A DNA stretch of 64,000 bases from Moorena sp. SIOASIH (GCF_010671925.1 NZ_JAAHIH010000001.1:549053-613052); one strand, 5' to 3'; shown: positions 38,698 to 49,308, counted from the first letter of the stretch. The notes: generated by a model not told the origin, from the sequence alone. Made by a program: numbers and translations.

Positions 38698-40188
38698 ATG
38701 AAAGCGATTATGGTGGTGGGTACTACATCCCACGCAGGAAAATCCTTGATAACCACAGCTCTATGTCGCCTTCTCTCGCGACAAGGCTGGCGTGTGTGTC
38801 CCTTTAAGGGTCAGAACATGGCTCTAAATGCCTATGTGACACCCAATGGCGGAGAAATTGGACATGCCCAAGCAGTACAAGCTTGGGCTGCAGGTGTCAT
38901 TCCCTGTGTGGAAATGAACCCAATTTTACTCAAACCCCAAGGTGACATGACCTCCCAGGTCATTCTTATGGGTAAAGCCGTAGGGAAGGTTAGTGCTGGG
39001 GAGTACTACGAAAAGTACTTTGATAAGGGTTGGCAGGTGATTGAAGAATCACTGCGACGTTTAACCAATGAGTTTGATTTAGTCGTGTGTGAGGGAGCTG
39101 GTAGCCCAGTAGAAATTAATATCAAGCACCGCGACTTGACCAATATGCGAGTGGCGCGGTACCTCAAAGCTCCCACCTTGCTGGTGGTAGATATTGACCG
39201 TGGAGGGTCTTTTGCTCAGGTAATCGGTACTCTCGAACTGCTCGAACCAGAGGAGAGAGCTTTGATTAAAGGTGTCGTGATTAATAAGTTTAGGGGTCAG
39301 CGATCGCTGCTCGAACCCGGGATAAAATGGTTAGAAGAACGCACTGGTATTCCTGTCGTTGGAGTTATTCCGTGGATTGATATACTGTTTCCCGCTGAAG
39401 ATTCCCTTGACTTACTAGATCGCAACACCAGGAAAAAGTCCAATCAGGAAGTCACTATCGTAGTAATTCGTTTACCTCGAATTTCTAACTTTACTGATTT
39501 TGACCCCCTCGAAGCCGAACCCAGCGTCTTTTTGAAATATCTGTCACCAAACGAAACCTTGGGATATCCAGATGCAGTGATTCTCCCAGGGACAAAAACT
39601 ACCATTGCGGACATGATGGTACTCCAAAAAAGTGGCATGGCTGAGCAAATTCAAAACTACGCTGCCTCAGGTGGGACAATTTTGGGAATTTGTGGGGGAT
39701 TCCAAATGCTAGGCAAAACCCTAGTTGATCCCGATGGATTAGAGGGTAAACAGGGACGTCATCCAGGATTAGGCTTGTTGCCCTTAAAAACCTTGATTAC
39801 CAGTGGCAAAGTTGCCCGTCAACGGATGGTGACATCAAATTATCCCCAAGTTGGCTTACCCATTACCGGTTACGAAATTCATCAGGGGCGTTCGCGACTG
39901 CTTGAGGCGGAGATGGGAGATAATAAATCTGCTTATCGAGCGTTATTCGATGACCATGGTTTGGGCATTGTTGACGTGAATCAATCAATTTGGGGCAGCT
40001 ATCTCCATGGCATGTTTGACAATAGTCCTTGGCGACGTGCCTGGTTGAATCAACTGCGCTCCAGACGAGGGCTACCTTCTCTCCCTACTGGGGTTGTCAA
40101 CTATCGGGAACAACGAGAAACACTTTTGAATTCACTGGCTGATACTATCGAATCTCATCTTGATTTAACCCCGATTTTAAGGTCTTAG
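38698..40188 (+). CDS. cobQ: Cobyric acid synthase
   Basis: 496 aa. The N-terminal P-loop-like segment is MVVGTTSHAGKSLITTALCR. The C-terminal glutamine amidotransferase region is GICGGFQMLG. Confidence 0.85.
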   Translation: MKAIMVVGTTSHAGKSLITTALCRLLSRQGWRVCPFKGQNMALNAYVTPNGGEIGHAQAVQAWAAGVIPCVEMNPILLKPQGDMTSQVILMGKAVGKVSAGEYYEKYFDKGWQVIEESLRRLTNEFDLVVCEGAGSPVEINIKHRDLTNMRVARYLKAPTLLVVDIDRGGSFAQVIGTLELLEPEERALIKGVVINKFRGQRSLLEPGIKWLEERTGIPVVGVIPWIDILFPAEDSLDLLDRNTRKKSNQEVTIVVIRLPRISNFTDFDPLEAEPSVFLKYLSPNETLGYPDAVILPGTKTTIADMMVLQKSGMAEQIQNYAASGGTILGICGGFQMLGKTLVDPDGLEGKQGRHPGLGLLPLKTLITSGKVARQRMVTSNYPQVGLPITGYEIHQGRSRLLEAEMGDNKSAYRALFDDHGLGIVDVNQSIWGSYLHGMFDNSPWRRAWLNQLRSRRGLPSLPTGVVNYREQRETLLNSLADTIESHLDLTPILRS

Positions 40189-40339
40189 ACTGTTAACTAT
40201 CAGATTAGTTTTGTCAAAAGTAAAAAGTAAACTTGAGAATGGAAAATGGAAACTGGAAAATCGTTAAGGGAAATTATAAATTAAAATTTAAACGAATAAT
40301 TAACAATAAACAATTAATAAATTAAATGACTAATCAAAC

Positions 40340-40579
40340 ATGAGTGTAAGCGTTCGCTTTCTACCAGATGATGTGACAGTTGAGGCCGAAGTCGGAGAAC
40401 CCATCCTTCTAGTGGCTGAACGTGCTGGTGTGTTCATTGCCACAGGTTGCCTGATGGGTTCTTGTCATGCCTGTGAGGTAGATATAGAAAATGGACCGAC
40501 TGTTTGTTCTTGTATCACTGCTGTACCTGCAGGTTATGAACAGCTGACGATTAATCTATACTCTGACACCAATTGGTAG
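40340..40579 (+). CDS. Small 2Fe-2S ferredoxin-like protein
   Basis: 79 aa with the Cys pattern C-x4-C-x2-C…C-x-C, typical of plant-type [2Fe-2S] domains. Confidence 0.5.
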   Translation: MSVSVRFLPDDVTVEAEVGEPILLVAERAGVFIATGCLMGSCHACEVDIENGPTVCSCITAVPAGYEQLTINLYSDTNW

Positions 40580-40620
40580 TCTATTATTACCATGGCAATC
40601 GGCTTTCGTCAAGGTCACTA

Positions 40621-40716
40621 TTAGAATTTAGAATTTAGAATGTAGAATGTAGAATGGTGAATTGGGAATTCTGCATTCTACATTCTACATTCTGCATTCT
40701 GCATTCTGACAGACAA
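40621..40716. terminator. Long perfect hairpin built from heptamer repeats, (TAGAATT/TAGAATG)5 – loop – (CATTCTA/CATTCTG)5, between convergent genes. Probable bidirectional terminator.
   Basis: Arms at ~40621-40655 and ~40676-40712 are reverse complements. It sits between the 3' ends of the ferredoxin-like gene (+) and mnmA (-). Confidence 0.55.
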
Positions 40717-40775
40717 CCTTGGCCTAAAGGCCACGCGATCGCTGAAAGCGGGACTTCGTCCATCGCGTTCAACCT

Positions 40776-41864
40776 TCAACCTTCAACCAATTTGTCATTG
40801 GCTATTTTCTCTGGTAGCTGCTCAATAATGCCACCTCCGAGCACCAGCTCCCCGTCATACAGAACAGCAGCCTGTCCTGGCGTGATGCTGAATTGTGGTT
40901 CATCGAACACTAATCTGATCCGATTTCCTTCTAGAGGAATCACATTTACAGGTACAGCAGGTGAGCGATAGCGAACTTGCACAGAAGCTCGAATGGGAAC
41001 CGTAGGTTCCTGAATCGATACCCAATTGACCCGATGAACCGTACATTCAGGTTGGGTGGCTTGGTGGCGTTCCCCCACAATTACCCGATTCCTGGCTGCA
41101 TCGAGGGCAATCACATACAAGGGATTGGGAGCAGCTATACCTAGCCCTTTCCGTTGTCCAATGGTGTAGTGGTGAATTCCTTGATGTTGCCCTACCACAT
41201 TTCCATCCAAGTCCACGATGTCACCTGTGGTTTGGGAAATATACTTGTCCAGGAACTTCTGCATCGAACCGTGGGATTCGATTAAACACAAGTCCTGACT
41301 TTCTGGTTTATCAGCAGTCTTGAGATTATACTCAGCAGCAAGGCGTCGCGTTTCCGTTTTCTTCAGTTCTCCCAAAGGAAATAGGGAAGCCGCCAGCAGG
41401 TCTTGAGTCAAGTCATACAGGAAGTATGACTGGTCTTTTGTCAAGTCTAGTGCTCGCCGCAATTGATAGCGATCGCATTCAGCATCATAAGTAATCCGGG
41501 CATAGTGACCTGTGGCTATTTTGTCAATCCCCAATGTCTCACGGGCATAGGTCAGCATCGGACCAAACTTTACTGCCTTGTTGCACTGAGAACAGGGGAG
41601 TGGAGTAATCCCAGATTGGTAACCCGACACTAAGTAATCCACAATGTTTTCCTGAAAAACATCGCGACTGTCCACAATATGGTGGGGAATCCCTAATTGT
41701 TCACAGATAAACGCTGCATCGACCATTCCCTCAGAGCAGCATTGACCCTTCCCTTTCATTAACCAAAGGGTCAATCCTACAACTTCATATCCTTTGTGAT
41801 GGAGGGTGGCGGCAGCTACGGAACTGTCTACTCCGCCAGACAAGCCAACGACAACTTTATTCAT
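40776..41864 (-). CDS. mnmA: tRNA-specific 2-thiouridylase MnmA
   Basis: 362 aa with the PP-loop [10 protein letters not shown] and catalytic Cys context; overall typical of MnmA. Confidence 0.9.
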   Translation of the reverse strand: MNKVVVGLSGGVDSSVAAATLHHKGYEVVGLTLWLMKGKGQCCSEGMVDAAFICEQLGIPHHIVDSRDVFQENIVDYLVSGYQSGITPLPCSQCNKAVKFGPMLTYARETLGIDKIATGHYARITYDAECDRYQLRRALDLTKDQSYFLYDLTQDLLAASLFPLGELKKTETRRLAAEYNLKTADKPESQDLCLIESHGSMQKFLDKYISQTTGDIVDLDGNVVGQHQGIHHYTIGQRKGLGIAAPNPLYVIALDAARNRVIVGERHQATQPECTVHRVNWVSIQEPTVPIRASVQVRYRSPAVPVNVIPLEGNRIRLVFDEPQFSITPGQAAVLYDGELVLGGGIIEQLPEKIANDKLVEG

Positions 41865-41867
41865 GAA

Positions 41868-42048
41868 ATAATTCCGGGAGTTTGGAAACCACCGACTAGA
41901 AGTCGGTGGAGGAAAAACGACTCGTGCGGTTTTAACCGCCGTGATCCCTACAGGGGGGAGTCTACTCGTTCGACGTATTGCAATCGCCTCTGGTCTAGGC
42001 AGTTATAGACTCAGGCAAACTCCCTGCACCGATAGGTTTTTTTTTAGG
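41868..42048 (+). ncRNA. Candidate structured small RNA of unknown class, ~180 nt, ending in a U-run
   Basis: A 9-bp closing helix GGGAGTTTG (41875-41883) pairs with CAAACTCCC (42017-42025). It encloses three internal hairpins: CCACCGACT-aga-AGTCGGTGG, GCGGTT-tta-AACCGC and GAGTCTA…TAGACTC. T9 follows at 42038-42047. There is no ORF. Confidence 0.3.
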
Positions 42049-42461
42049 CATTAATGCCTTACTCGGATTTCTCCGGTTAAGTTCGCTTCGCCAAAGTTAA
42101 AGGTCGGTACTTTCCACAGCACACTGTCTTACCCCTCGTAAAACTGTTTAATGCTGCGGTTCTAGAGCTGGGAACTAGCGACGTATTCCCAGGTAGGAAC
42201 TTCAACACTTACCGATAACGTAGTCCTCAAGGGACTTAGGCTGGTCAGCTATCTAAAGTTCGTTGGGCATCATGCCCAACGAACTTTAGAGCGGGGTGCT
42301 GACCAACTCAACAGATTTCTCCCTGAGGGAGGTATTGCATTGTATAGTATTATTGTAGTGCTCCTGACCCTTAAGTCCTTCTACCTTAAGTCGAGTGGGC
42401 AAAGTGGGATTTCACTCCTATCCTGGAATCATAGAGTATTACGATAACTCTGGGAGTATCA

Positions 42462-42836
42462 GTGTTCATGGCTGGTTTTGGAAATTTGGTTCAAAAAGCG
42501 TTTTATCTAGGCGTCGGTATAGCTGCTGCTGCAGGGGAAAGAGCTGGGGGAACCTTGTCAGAAGTGCGAGGTCAAGCTCAGAAACTGGTAGATGAACTCG
42601 TAGAAAAAGGGGAAATGACTACCGAGGAAGCCCGTAAACTGGTTGAAGATTTAGTGCAACAGGGGCAACAGCAATCCTCTCCAGCTAACCCTAATGATCC
42701 TAAACCTGAGCCGCGCCGGATTGAGATTATTACTGATGAGGAAGAAGAATCAGCACCACCCGAAGAGCAGGATGTTGACAAACTACGCCAGCAGGTGCAA
42801 GCTATGCAAGAAGAATTGCGTCGGCTAAAGCGCTAA
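42462..42836 (+). CDS. Phasin-family / PHA-granule-associated-like small protein
   Basis: 124 aa. The N-terminus is hydrophobic, a coiled-coil-like segment follows, and the C-terminus is acidic and Pro-rich. Confidence 0.4.
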   Translation: MFMAGFGNLVQKAFYLGVGIAAAAGERAGGTLSEVRGQAQKLVDELVEKGEMTTEEARKLVEDLVQQGQQQSSPANPNDPKPEPRRIEIITDEEEESAPPEEQDVDKLRQQVQAMQEELRRLKR

Positions 42837-42910
42837 CTTATAGCACTTATCTAGCACTTATAATTAATTTGTGAACAACAGGGGTTGAGCACATGATGGT
42901 TTTTGAGTGA

Positions 42911-43342
42911 ATGTTTGCCATGGAAGATGATTGGTCTAAAAGTATTTTTGAAACCCTGGAATCAGTGGCTAATATGGTCGATGAGTTCTTCGAGGGTGTC
43001 AGTGAGGTGGTTGAGGAGTTTGCCAATGAAGTTGAGGAGTTTGCCAATCAGGTAGACAATGCCATTGGTGCGGAAATTGACCAGTGTTTGCAAGAGATTG
43101 TTGAACCGTTCGTTGAGATTTATTTTGACTTTGAGGTTATGGTCAGTGAAACAGACGAGGATTTTCCTGATTCCGTGACACCATCCTCACAGAAACATCC
43201 CGCTTGCATAGGTTGCCGTCATTATCACGGTCAAGCCTACGGTGGAAATTTATTAGTCTGCGCTATGCATCCCTATGGTTGGGACACAGAAGATTGTCCT
43301 GACTGGGAATCCCATCCTAGAAATTCCTCAAATCGTTTCTAA
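42911..43342 (+). CDS. Hypothetical acidic protein with C-terminal motif C-x2-C-x-H-Y-H-G…L-V-C-A-x-H-P-x-G…D-C-P-D-W
   Basis: 143-aa ORF with internal EEFANEVEEFANQ repeats and a likely metal-binding Cys/His cluster. Confidence 0.4.
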   Translation: MFAMEDDWSKSIFETLESVANMVDEFFEGVSEVVEEFANEVEEFANQVDNAIGAEIDQCLQEIVEPFVEIYFDFEVMVSETDEDFPDSVTPSSQKHPACIGCRHYHGQAYGGNLLVCAMHPYGWDTEDCPDWESHPRNSSNRF

Positions 43343-43356
43343 TCCTAGCAAAACCA

Positions 43357-43776
43357 ATGAGTAATTCCTTTACCCAGGAACAAGCATCACCACAAGTAGA
43401 CACACCCCAGATTAAATACGGTGAACAGGAGATTGCCCAGGCAAAACTTATTACCTTTCCCAATCCCCGTATCGGTCGTCCCTATAACATTAACATCACC
43501 TTACCGGAGTTTACTTGCAAGTGCCCCTTTTCTGGTTATCCGGACTTTGCCACGATTTACATCACCTACGTTCCCAATGAACTGGTGGTAGAACTAAAGG
43601 CGCTTAAGTTGTATATCAATACCTACCGAGATCGCTACATCTCCCACGAAGAGAGTATCAACCAAATTTTAGATGACTTCGTAGCCGCCTGCAACCCAGA
43701 AGATGTCACCATCAAGGGGGATTTTAACCCACGGGGTAACGTTCACACCGTTGTAGAAGTGCGACACCAAAAGTAA
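43357..43776 (+). CDS. queF: NADPH-dependent 7-cyano-7-deazaguanine (preQ0) reductase QueF
   Basis: 139 aa with the QueF motif and catalytic Cys context …EFTCKCPFSGYPDFATIYITY…. Confidence 0.85.
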   Translation: MSNSFTQEQASPQVDTPQIKYGEQEIAQAKLITFPNPRIGRPYNINITLPEFTCKCPFSGYPDFATIYITYVPNELVVELKALKLYINTYRDRYISHEESINQILDDFVAACNPEDVTIKGDFNPRGNVHTVVEVRHQK

Positions 43777-43942
43777 TTGGTACAAACGTCATAGGTAATC
43801 TTGAGGATCCAGTTAGCTTGGTCAGTGACCTAAGAGAATGGCAGCATGATGAATTTTGTCTCTACCTGCCTTCCTGTCTTTTGGGTCTTCGCGCTTTTCC
43901 TCTAAACAATTCCGATATAAACGGAAAATATAGCACTTGCGC

Positions 43943-44710
43943 TCAATTCAGATTGACCCTAGCTGGTGGCAACATAGAACTCTTGAGTTTTTGTTTCAAC
44001 ACTAACCAAAGGAAGACCGGAGCATCAAACAGGTATCGCCGCCACAATCGTCGTGGTTCAGATATTAGCCTGTGTAACCATTCTAAGCCTACCTCGCTCA
44101 TCCATACAGGGGACCTTGGTTTGGTTCCTGCTTCAAAATCAAGGGTGGCACCTACTGCCATGAATATTTTAATGCTTGGTAATTGATCTTTGTACTTGTG
44201 TATCCACTTTTCTTGCTTAGGCGCACCAACTCCCACAGCTAGTACTGTAGCTCCAGAGTTCTTAACCATTTCTAGGATTTCTCGGCATTCAGCTTCATTC
44301 TTCTCAAATCCGAATGATGGGGAGTGCGCAGCGATAACAATTTCTCTGCCAACTCTAGCATTGACATTTTCTTGAGCTTGTTTAGCGACTCCTTCTCGTC
44401 CACCTAAGAGAAATATTTTAATAGTATCATTGTTTCTGTGATAATCATAAAAAGCTGGAAAAAGGTCAGATCCAGAAATTTTCTCCTGTATGGGTGACCC
44501 CAAAAACCTTGACGCATAATACACAACTTTACTATCACATAATCTATAATCGGCAATTCGATATGCCTTCATGAATTCAGAGTCTTTTTGTAGCTTGACT
44601 AAGTGATCGACATTGGGAGTGAAAATCACCCCGGTATCGAGCCGCTTTAAAAGCTCTGACTTTGAGATATTATCAATATCTAAGTTTAGGATTTTGACTA
44701 TTTCTCTCAT
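43943..44710 (-). CDS. WecB/TagA/CpsF-family glycosyltransferase (N-acetylmannosaminyltransferase-like)
   Basis: Family signature …TPNVDHLV…IADYRLCDSKVV…IFLLGGREGVAKQA…VGVGAPKQEKWI… . The start at MREIVKI (44710) is preferred over the upstream ATG at 44770. Confidence 0.75.
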   Translation of the reverse strand: MREIVKILNLDIDNISKSELLKRLDTGVIFTPNVDHLVKLQKDSEFMKAYRIADYRLCDSKVVYYASRFLGSPIQEKISGSDLFPAFYDYHRNNDTIKIFLLGGREGVAKQAQENVNARVGREIVIAAHSPSFGFEKNEAECREILEMVKNSGATVLAVGVGAPKQEKWIHKYKDQLPSIKIFMAVGATLDFEAGTKPRSPVWMSEVGLEWLHRLISEPRRLWRRYLFDAPVFLWLVLKQKLKSSMLPPARVNLN

Positions 44711-45973
44711 GTTTAACCTTTTTACGATGTCTCTCCTAGCTAAGGAATAAGCACTAAAAACAGCCGCCAAGCTTTTCCCAACAATCTTCAGACTTGGAGC
44801 CGAAAGTCAATTTGCCATTTCCGGATCGGCTACCCAAGTTAGCTTGATACTGTTTCGAGCAAGATTTTATTTGGGAAAGAATAAAATTACATTATCACAG
44901 TTTTAGTAATTTGACTATAGTAGCTCGGAAAAATTCTTGGTAAATACCCTTTTGTCTAGATAGCTGAACCTATAGATATTCTCTAATTAAACAACAGTAA
45001 TCCCTTGATGTAGATTACACCAGGGGTTGAGAACAACTATCTCAGTAATTTGACAGAAATATATTTTGGTCTTAGCATTAAACTCTAGTTCACTGTGTTA
45101 AGAAGCGATGAATTATCGCTCAGGACAGTGTTAGGTATTTCACGAAATATTCAATATCCTTTTCACAGCGTGAACTAGATCTTATCAAGGTGATAATTTT
45201 TTACTAATCATAACGTTATAGATTAGAGTCAACTGTGATTGAATCAATCAGGCTCTCTGGGAATGATTCACTTTTCCATCCTCCTAGTAAATCCCGATGT
45301 AAATCCCGATCTCCCGATCTGCTTAGATGCTTATAGCTTAAAAACCTCAAGTCAATTCCTGTCTATAATCCTTAATAAGGATAGCTTATTATATGCTTTA
45401 TTTAGGCTTTATTTAGGCTTTATTTATTTGTTTTTTTTAGGTATTTACTTTAATTAAAAGTACTTGTTTTTACGGTTACACGAGTCCTCCTTTATGGTTG
45501 ATTGATGGTGAATTTTACCATTAACATCATAGCCTATGGGCGAGTCCAGGCTAGTATTTTCTCTGAGCTTAATAAAATCTTTAAATATTCTTCATTGAGT
45601 CTACATAAATGAGCTAACAATGGTAATTTTTACTGATCACTAGTCCTTGTCTTGATCAGGTAGTATTGATCAGGTTTATGCCTTATTTTAAGAAGATTTT
45701 TCAGCAGGGATTAGCTCACCAGTCGAGTCGGAGAATTAGTCGAGCTAACAAATGCCTCAAATCTTGGCTACTTATACAATGAGACTACATAGTGTGATCG
45801 ATAGTAGTAGTCTTTACAGAAACTTCATAAAAGTCTACTCTAAGATTCATCGATCCTTCAACCTTCATCTGTGTGAAGCCGACTATTGTTATTTGTAGGG
45901 TTAGATGCTGAGCTAAACTAGGCACACTACTTAACCTACCAGAAAATTACCCACACATCTACCGACCACAACC

Positions 45974-47641
45974 ATGAGAAACCCAGTAATTGCCATTGGC
46001 TTGGATGCTGCCGACCCTGCCTTGATAGAGCAATGGATATCTCAAGGGCATCTGAAAAACTTGCGTCGCTTACGAGAACAGGGATCTTACGGACGTCTAA
46101 AGACATACGAATACTACCGGGCTGAGACTCCCTGGACAACATTCCTCACTGGTTGTTCTCCTGAGCAAACAGGGTACTGGGCACCTCTGAAAATTGAGGA
46201 AGGCACTTACGAAGTAGAAGACATTCAAGCCTACGACTTTGCTGAGTATCAACCCTTCTATGCCTTGGGAGATGACTATCGAGTGGCAGTCTTTGATATG
46301 CCTCAAGCTCCCCTGTCCAATCAGGTCAATGGGTTGCAAGTTCTCGCTTGGGGAGCTCACTCTCCTCAGACTCCCAGTCATTCCATACCCAAATCCTTGC
46401 TACAGGATGTGATTGATAAGCATGGTGAGCATCCTGTCTTACGCAAAGACCATGCCAGTATTATGGATGTGGCAGCACTCAAGGGTCTTCAGGAACAACT
46501 GGAGATTGGTATCGCCCGCCGGGGTGCCATTTGTGAAGACTTGTTGCAGCAGATGCCGTGGGATTTCTTCTTAACAATCTTTGGTGAAACCCATACTGCA
46601 GGGCATTACTTCTGGCACCTGAGTCAGCCGGATCATCCTCTCTACCCATCTGTAGGTGCTAAATGCCCTGGAGATCCACTGTTGGAAATTTTTGAAGCTA
46701 TTGACCAAGCCATTGGTGGAATTTTGAGCAAAGCCCCGGATAATGCCCAGGTCGTAGTATTTGCTGCCCATGGTATGGGGTCTAACGTCATGGATCTACC
46801 TAGTATGTTGTTCCTGCCAGAATTTCTCTATCGCTGGAGTTTCCCAGGTAAATATGGCATTGCTCGTGGCAAGTATGGTAAACCCCCAGAACCGCTAATC
46901 AATGATGCCAGGGCGAAAAAGGGTTGGATGGGGAAAGTGTGGAGCCTCAAGCATGAATCGAATCCACTCAAAGGTTTTTTGAGACGTCAACTCCCTACCA
47001 AACTTTTCAATCCCATCGCACCCTTGTTTGGTTCCACTCCTGCACCAGATCTCATTTCTCCGTTCAAGATGCAGGCAGAATCCGATCCATTCTTCTTCCA
47101 GAGTCCATCGTGGTACCAACCCTGCTGGCCTCAGATGAAAGCATTCGCGCTGCCTAGTTATTCGGAAGGATATATCAGGATTAATCTCCAGGGAAGGGAA
47201 CCTCAGGGTATTGTCGCTCCTGATCAGTACGATGCTGTATGTGAGGAATTGACTCAAAAACTCTACCAGCTTAAAGATGCTCGCACTGGGGAACCAATGG
47301 TGAAGAAAATTATCCGCACCCGCCAATCGGCAACTGAAACTGGTCCGAAATTACCTGATGGTGACTTAGTCGTTATCTGGCAAGAAAAATATGCCACTGA
47401 CGTAGTAGATAGTCCCGATATTGGACGGATTGGTCCAGTTCCCTTTAATCGTACTGGTTCTCACCGCTCTGATGGCTTTTTGGTGATTAAAGGACAAGAT
47501 ATTGAGCCAGGTTCTAGTTTACCAGCTGGTCATTCTCTAGATTTAGCCCCCACTATTCTGAATTTGATGGGAGCGCCGATTCCTGACTATTTTCAGGGTA
47601 AGCCCCTCTCGGCAATTAAAGAAACTGTTGTGGTTGGTTAA
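45974..47641 (+). CDS. Alkaline-phosphatase-superfamily protein (type I phosphodiesterase/nucleotide pyrophosphatase-like)
   Basis: 555 aa. N-terminal IAIGLDAADPALIE, plus the GETHTAGHYFWH and AAHGMG motifs typical of the AP-superfamily metal-binding core. Confidence 0.55.
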   Translation: MRNPVIAIGLDAADPALIEQWISQGHLKNLRRLREQGSYGRLKTYEYYRAETPWTTFLTGCSPEQTGYWAPLKIEEGTYEVEDIQAYDFAEYQPFYALGDDYRVAVFDMPQAPLSNQVNGLQVLAWGAHSPQTPSHSIPKSLLQDVIDKHGEHPVLRKDHASIMDVAALKGLQEQLEIGIARRGAICEDLLQQMPWDFFLTIFGETHTAGHYFWHLSQPDHPLYPSVGAKCPGDPLLEIFEAIDQAIGGILSKAPDNAQVVVFAAHGMGSNVMDLPSMLFLPEFLYRWSFPGKYGIARGKYGKPPEPLINDARAKKGWMGKVWSLKHESNPLKGFLRRQLPTKLFNPIAPLFGSTPAPDLISPFKMQAESDPFFFQSPSWYQPCWPQMKAFALPSYSEGYIRINLQGREPQGIVAPDQYDAVCEELTQKLYQLKDARTGEPMVKKIIRTRQSATETGPKLPDGDLVVIWQEKYATDVVDSPDIGRIGPVPFNRTGSHRSDGFLVIKGQDIEPGSSLPAGHSLDLAPTILNLMGAPIPDYFQGKPLSAIKETVVVG

Positions 47642-47989
47642 CTTAAACTTAACTATAGCGTTTTTATTTGAGATGTAAACCTAGAAGGTCTTTTGTTATT
47701 TTCCAATAAAACTCCGGAGATATTGCCCCTATTGCATGCATGCCTCTTGCCTCTTGCCTTTTTCGGCAATACGTGTGTTTACAACCTAGATCCAAACGCT
47801 ATAGTTACTTACATAGTTTAATTAGTGGCAAAGGGAATTGAGTGTTTTTTGTTGAATGTTTTTTGTTGAGTTTTGATCGTCAGTCAACACTCAAACACTG
47901 ACCGAAACCCCCCTATACTTAGTGTTATCACTAAGTGTTATCACTAAGTAATAGCACTAAGTAATAGTTGTGAACCCAGAGATTCTTCA

Positions 47990-49051
47990 ATGTCCATTCT
48001 CAAGTTTTGGATAGCAGGGTTAATTACTACCGTAGCAGCAATAGGTGTATCCGTTCCCAGTTGGGCTCTACCACTGTCTCCTGGCGATCGCCTTAGACTC
48101 TTTGTGGCTGGCGAAGAAGAAATCCCGGAAGCTGAACGCTTTAGTGCCACCTATGAAGTTAATCTGGATGGTTACATAAAATTCCCCTACCTAGACCCTA
48201 TACTGGCAGCGGGTCGAGAAGTATCAGAAATAGAGCAAGACCTCGTCAAGGCTTTGCTAGAAGGGGGCTTTTTTCAGGCTGATTTCCTAAAAGTCAGCAT
48301 TCAACTATTTGAGTGGGCTCCAATTCAGGTAACTGTGGGAGGAGCGGTTTTTGAACCTGGTCGGGTTTTGATTAATGATACGGATTCTAAAGGTCGAGAC
48401 TTACCAGCATCGATTGCTACTGTCTCAGGAGACTATCCTCCAGAACGCTACCTAACCTTTGCCATTTTAACGGCTGGCGGCATCAAACCAAATGCCAACA
48501 TTGAACAGGTGCGCTTGGTTCGGGGTGAGCAGGAACAGGTAATTGATTTATCTGGTGTGTTCACCGGATCACCAGTGGAGGATATTCCCTTGATTGCTGG
48601 AGACCAAATCATTGTTCCTACTCGGGAGTTGCCTCAATATTATCTAGCCAGACCTTCCCAGCTTACTCCCTCAACTATTCCTGTGTTTCTCTCCAATCTC
48701 ACTAATCCCAATAATGGACGTGACCTTAGAATCCAGGAAGTTGAATATGGCTCCCGTCTATCTCAAGCTGTAATTGCTGCTAGTTGTGTCGGAGGCACAG
48801 AAACCACAAATGCGGATCGCCGTGCTCTGTTACTGCAAACTGACCGTACTACTGGGGAAACTCTGGCAATAGAACGTTCTGTAGAGGACTTGGTCAAGAA
48901 GCCTAATGATGACCAAGTTAATCCAGTGCTGATGCCAAGAGATAGTGTCGCTTGCTATGATTCAACGGTCACTAATGTCAAAAGTGTTTTTGACTTTATT
49001 GGCGATATCTTCAATCCCATTCGGATTATTAAAGACATATTTATACCCTAA
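47990..49051 (+). CDS. Polysaccharide export protein (Wza/SLBB-domain family)
   Basis: 353 aa with a signal peptide. It has a Poly_export-like segment (…GDRLRLFVAGEEE…YEVNLDGYIKFPYLDPILAAGREVSEIEQDL…) followed by SLBB-like repeats. Confidence 0.7.
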   Translation: MSILKFWIAGLITTVAAIGVSVPSWALPLSPGDRLRLFVAGEEEIPEAERFSATYEVNLDGYIKFPYLDPILAAGREVSEIEQDLVKALLEGGFFQADFLKVSIQLFEWAPIQVTVGGAVFEPGRVLINDTDSKGRDLPASIATVSGDYPPERYLTFAILTAGGIKPNANIEQVRLVRGEQEQVIDLSGVFTGSPVEDIPLIAGDQIIVPTRELPQYYLARPSQLTPSTIPVFLSNLTNPNNGRDLRIQEVEYGSRLSQAVIAASCVGGTETTNADRRALLLQTDRTTGETLAIERSVEDLVKKPNDDQVNPVLMPRDSVACYDSTVTNVKSVFDFIGDIFNPIRIIKDIFIP

Positions 49052-49308
49052 TTCATTTTGAGGATAGCTCAAATGTTATAATTAATGTATCTATCACAAG
49101 TTATAAGCTCACGAGATCTGACTCTTCATCAGGGGTGTATTGGCTAAGGGTTTAAGCCATTGCTTGATAGTGGGGTAAAACTCTCTGCCAAGTCTTTCAT
49201 AATATAAAATATAAAAAATCATAACTTAAGACTACTTAAGACTACTTAAGACTACTTAAGACTACAACTTAAAACTAAAAATGTGGATTTGCCAGGTGAG
49301 ATGCTCCA

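Noticed and set aside
41868-42048. Assigning the structured RNA candidate to 6S RNA, tmRNA, RNase P RNA or SRP RNA
   Set aside because: I could not find the diagnostic consensus stretches by eye. These would be the RNase P P4 GGAAAGUCCGGGCUCC, the SRP GUCAGGUCCGGAAGGAAGCAGC, a tmRNA tag ORF, or a 6S central bubble in a rod. The multi-branch fold argues against 6S. It is left as an unclassified candidate.
42578-42781. 67-aa Ser/Cys-rich ORF antisense to the phasin-like gene
   Set aside because: It is the antisense read of a GA-rich coding region. The sense ORF has the better start context and a coherent sequence.
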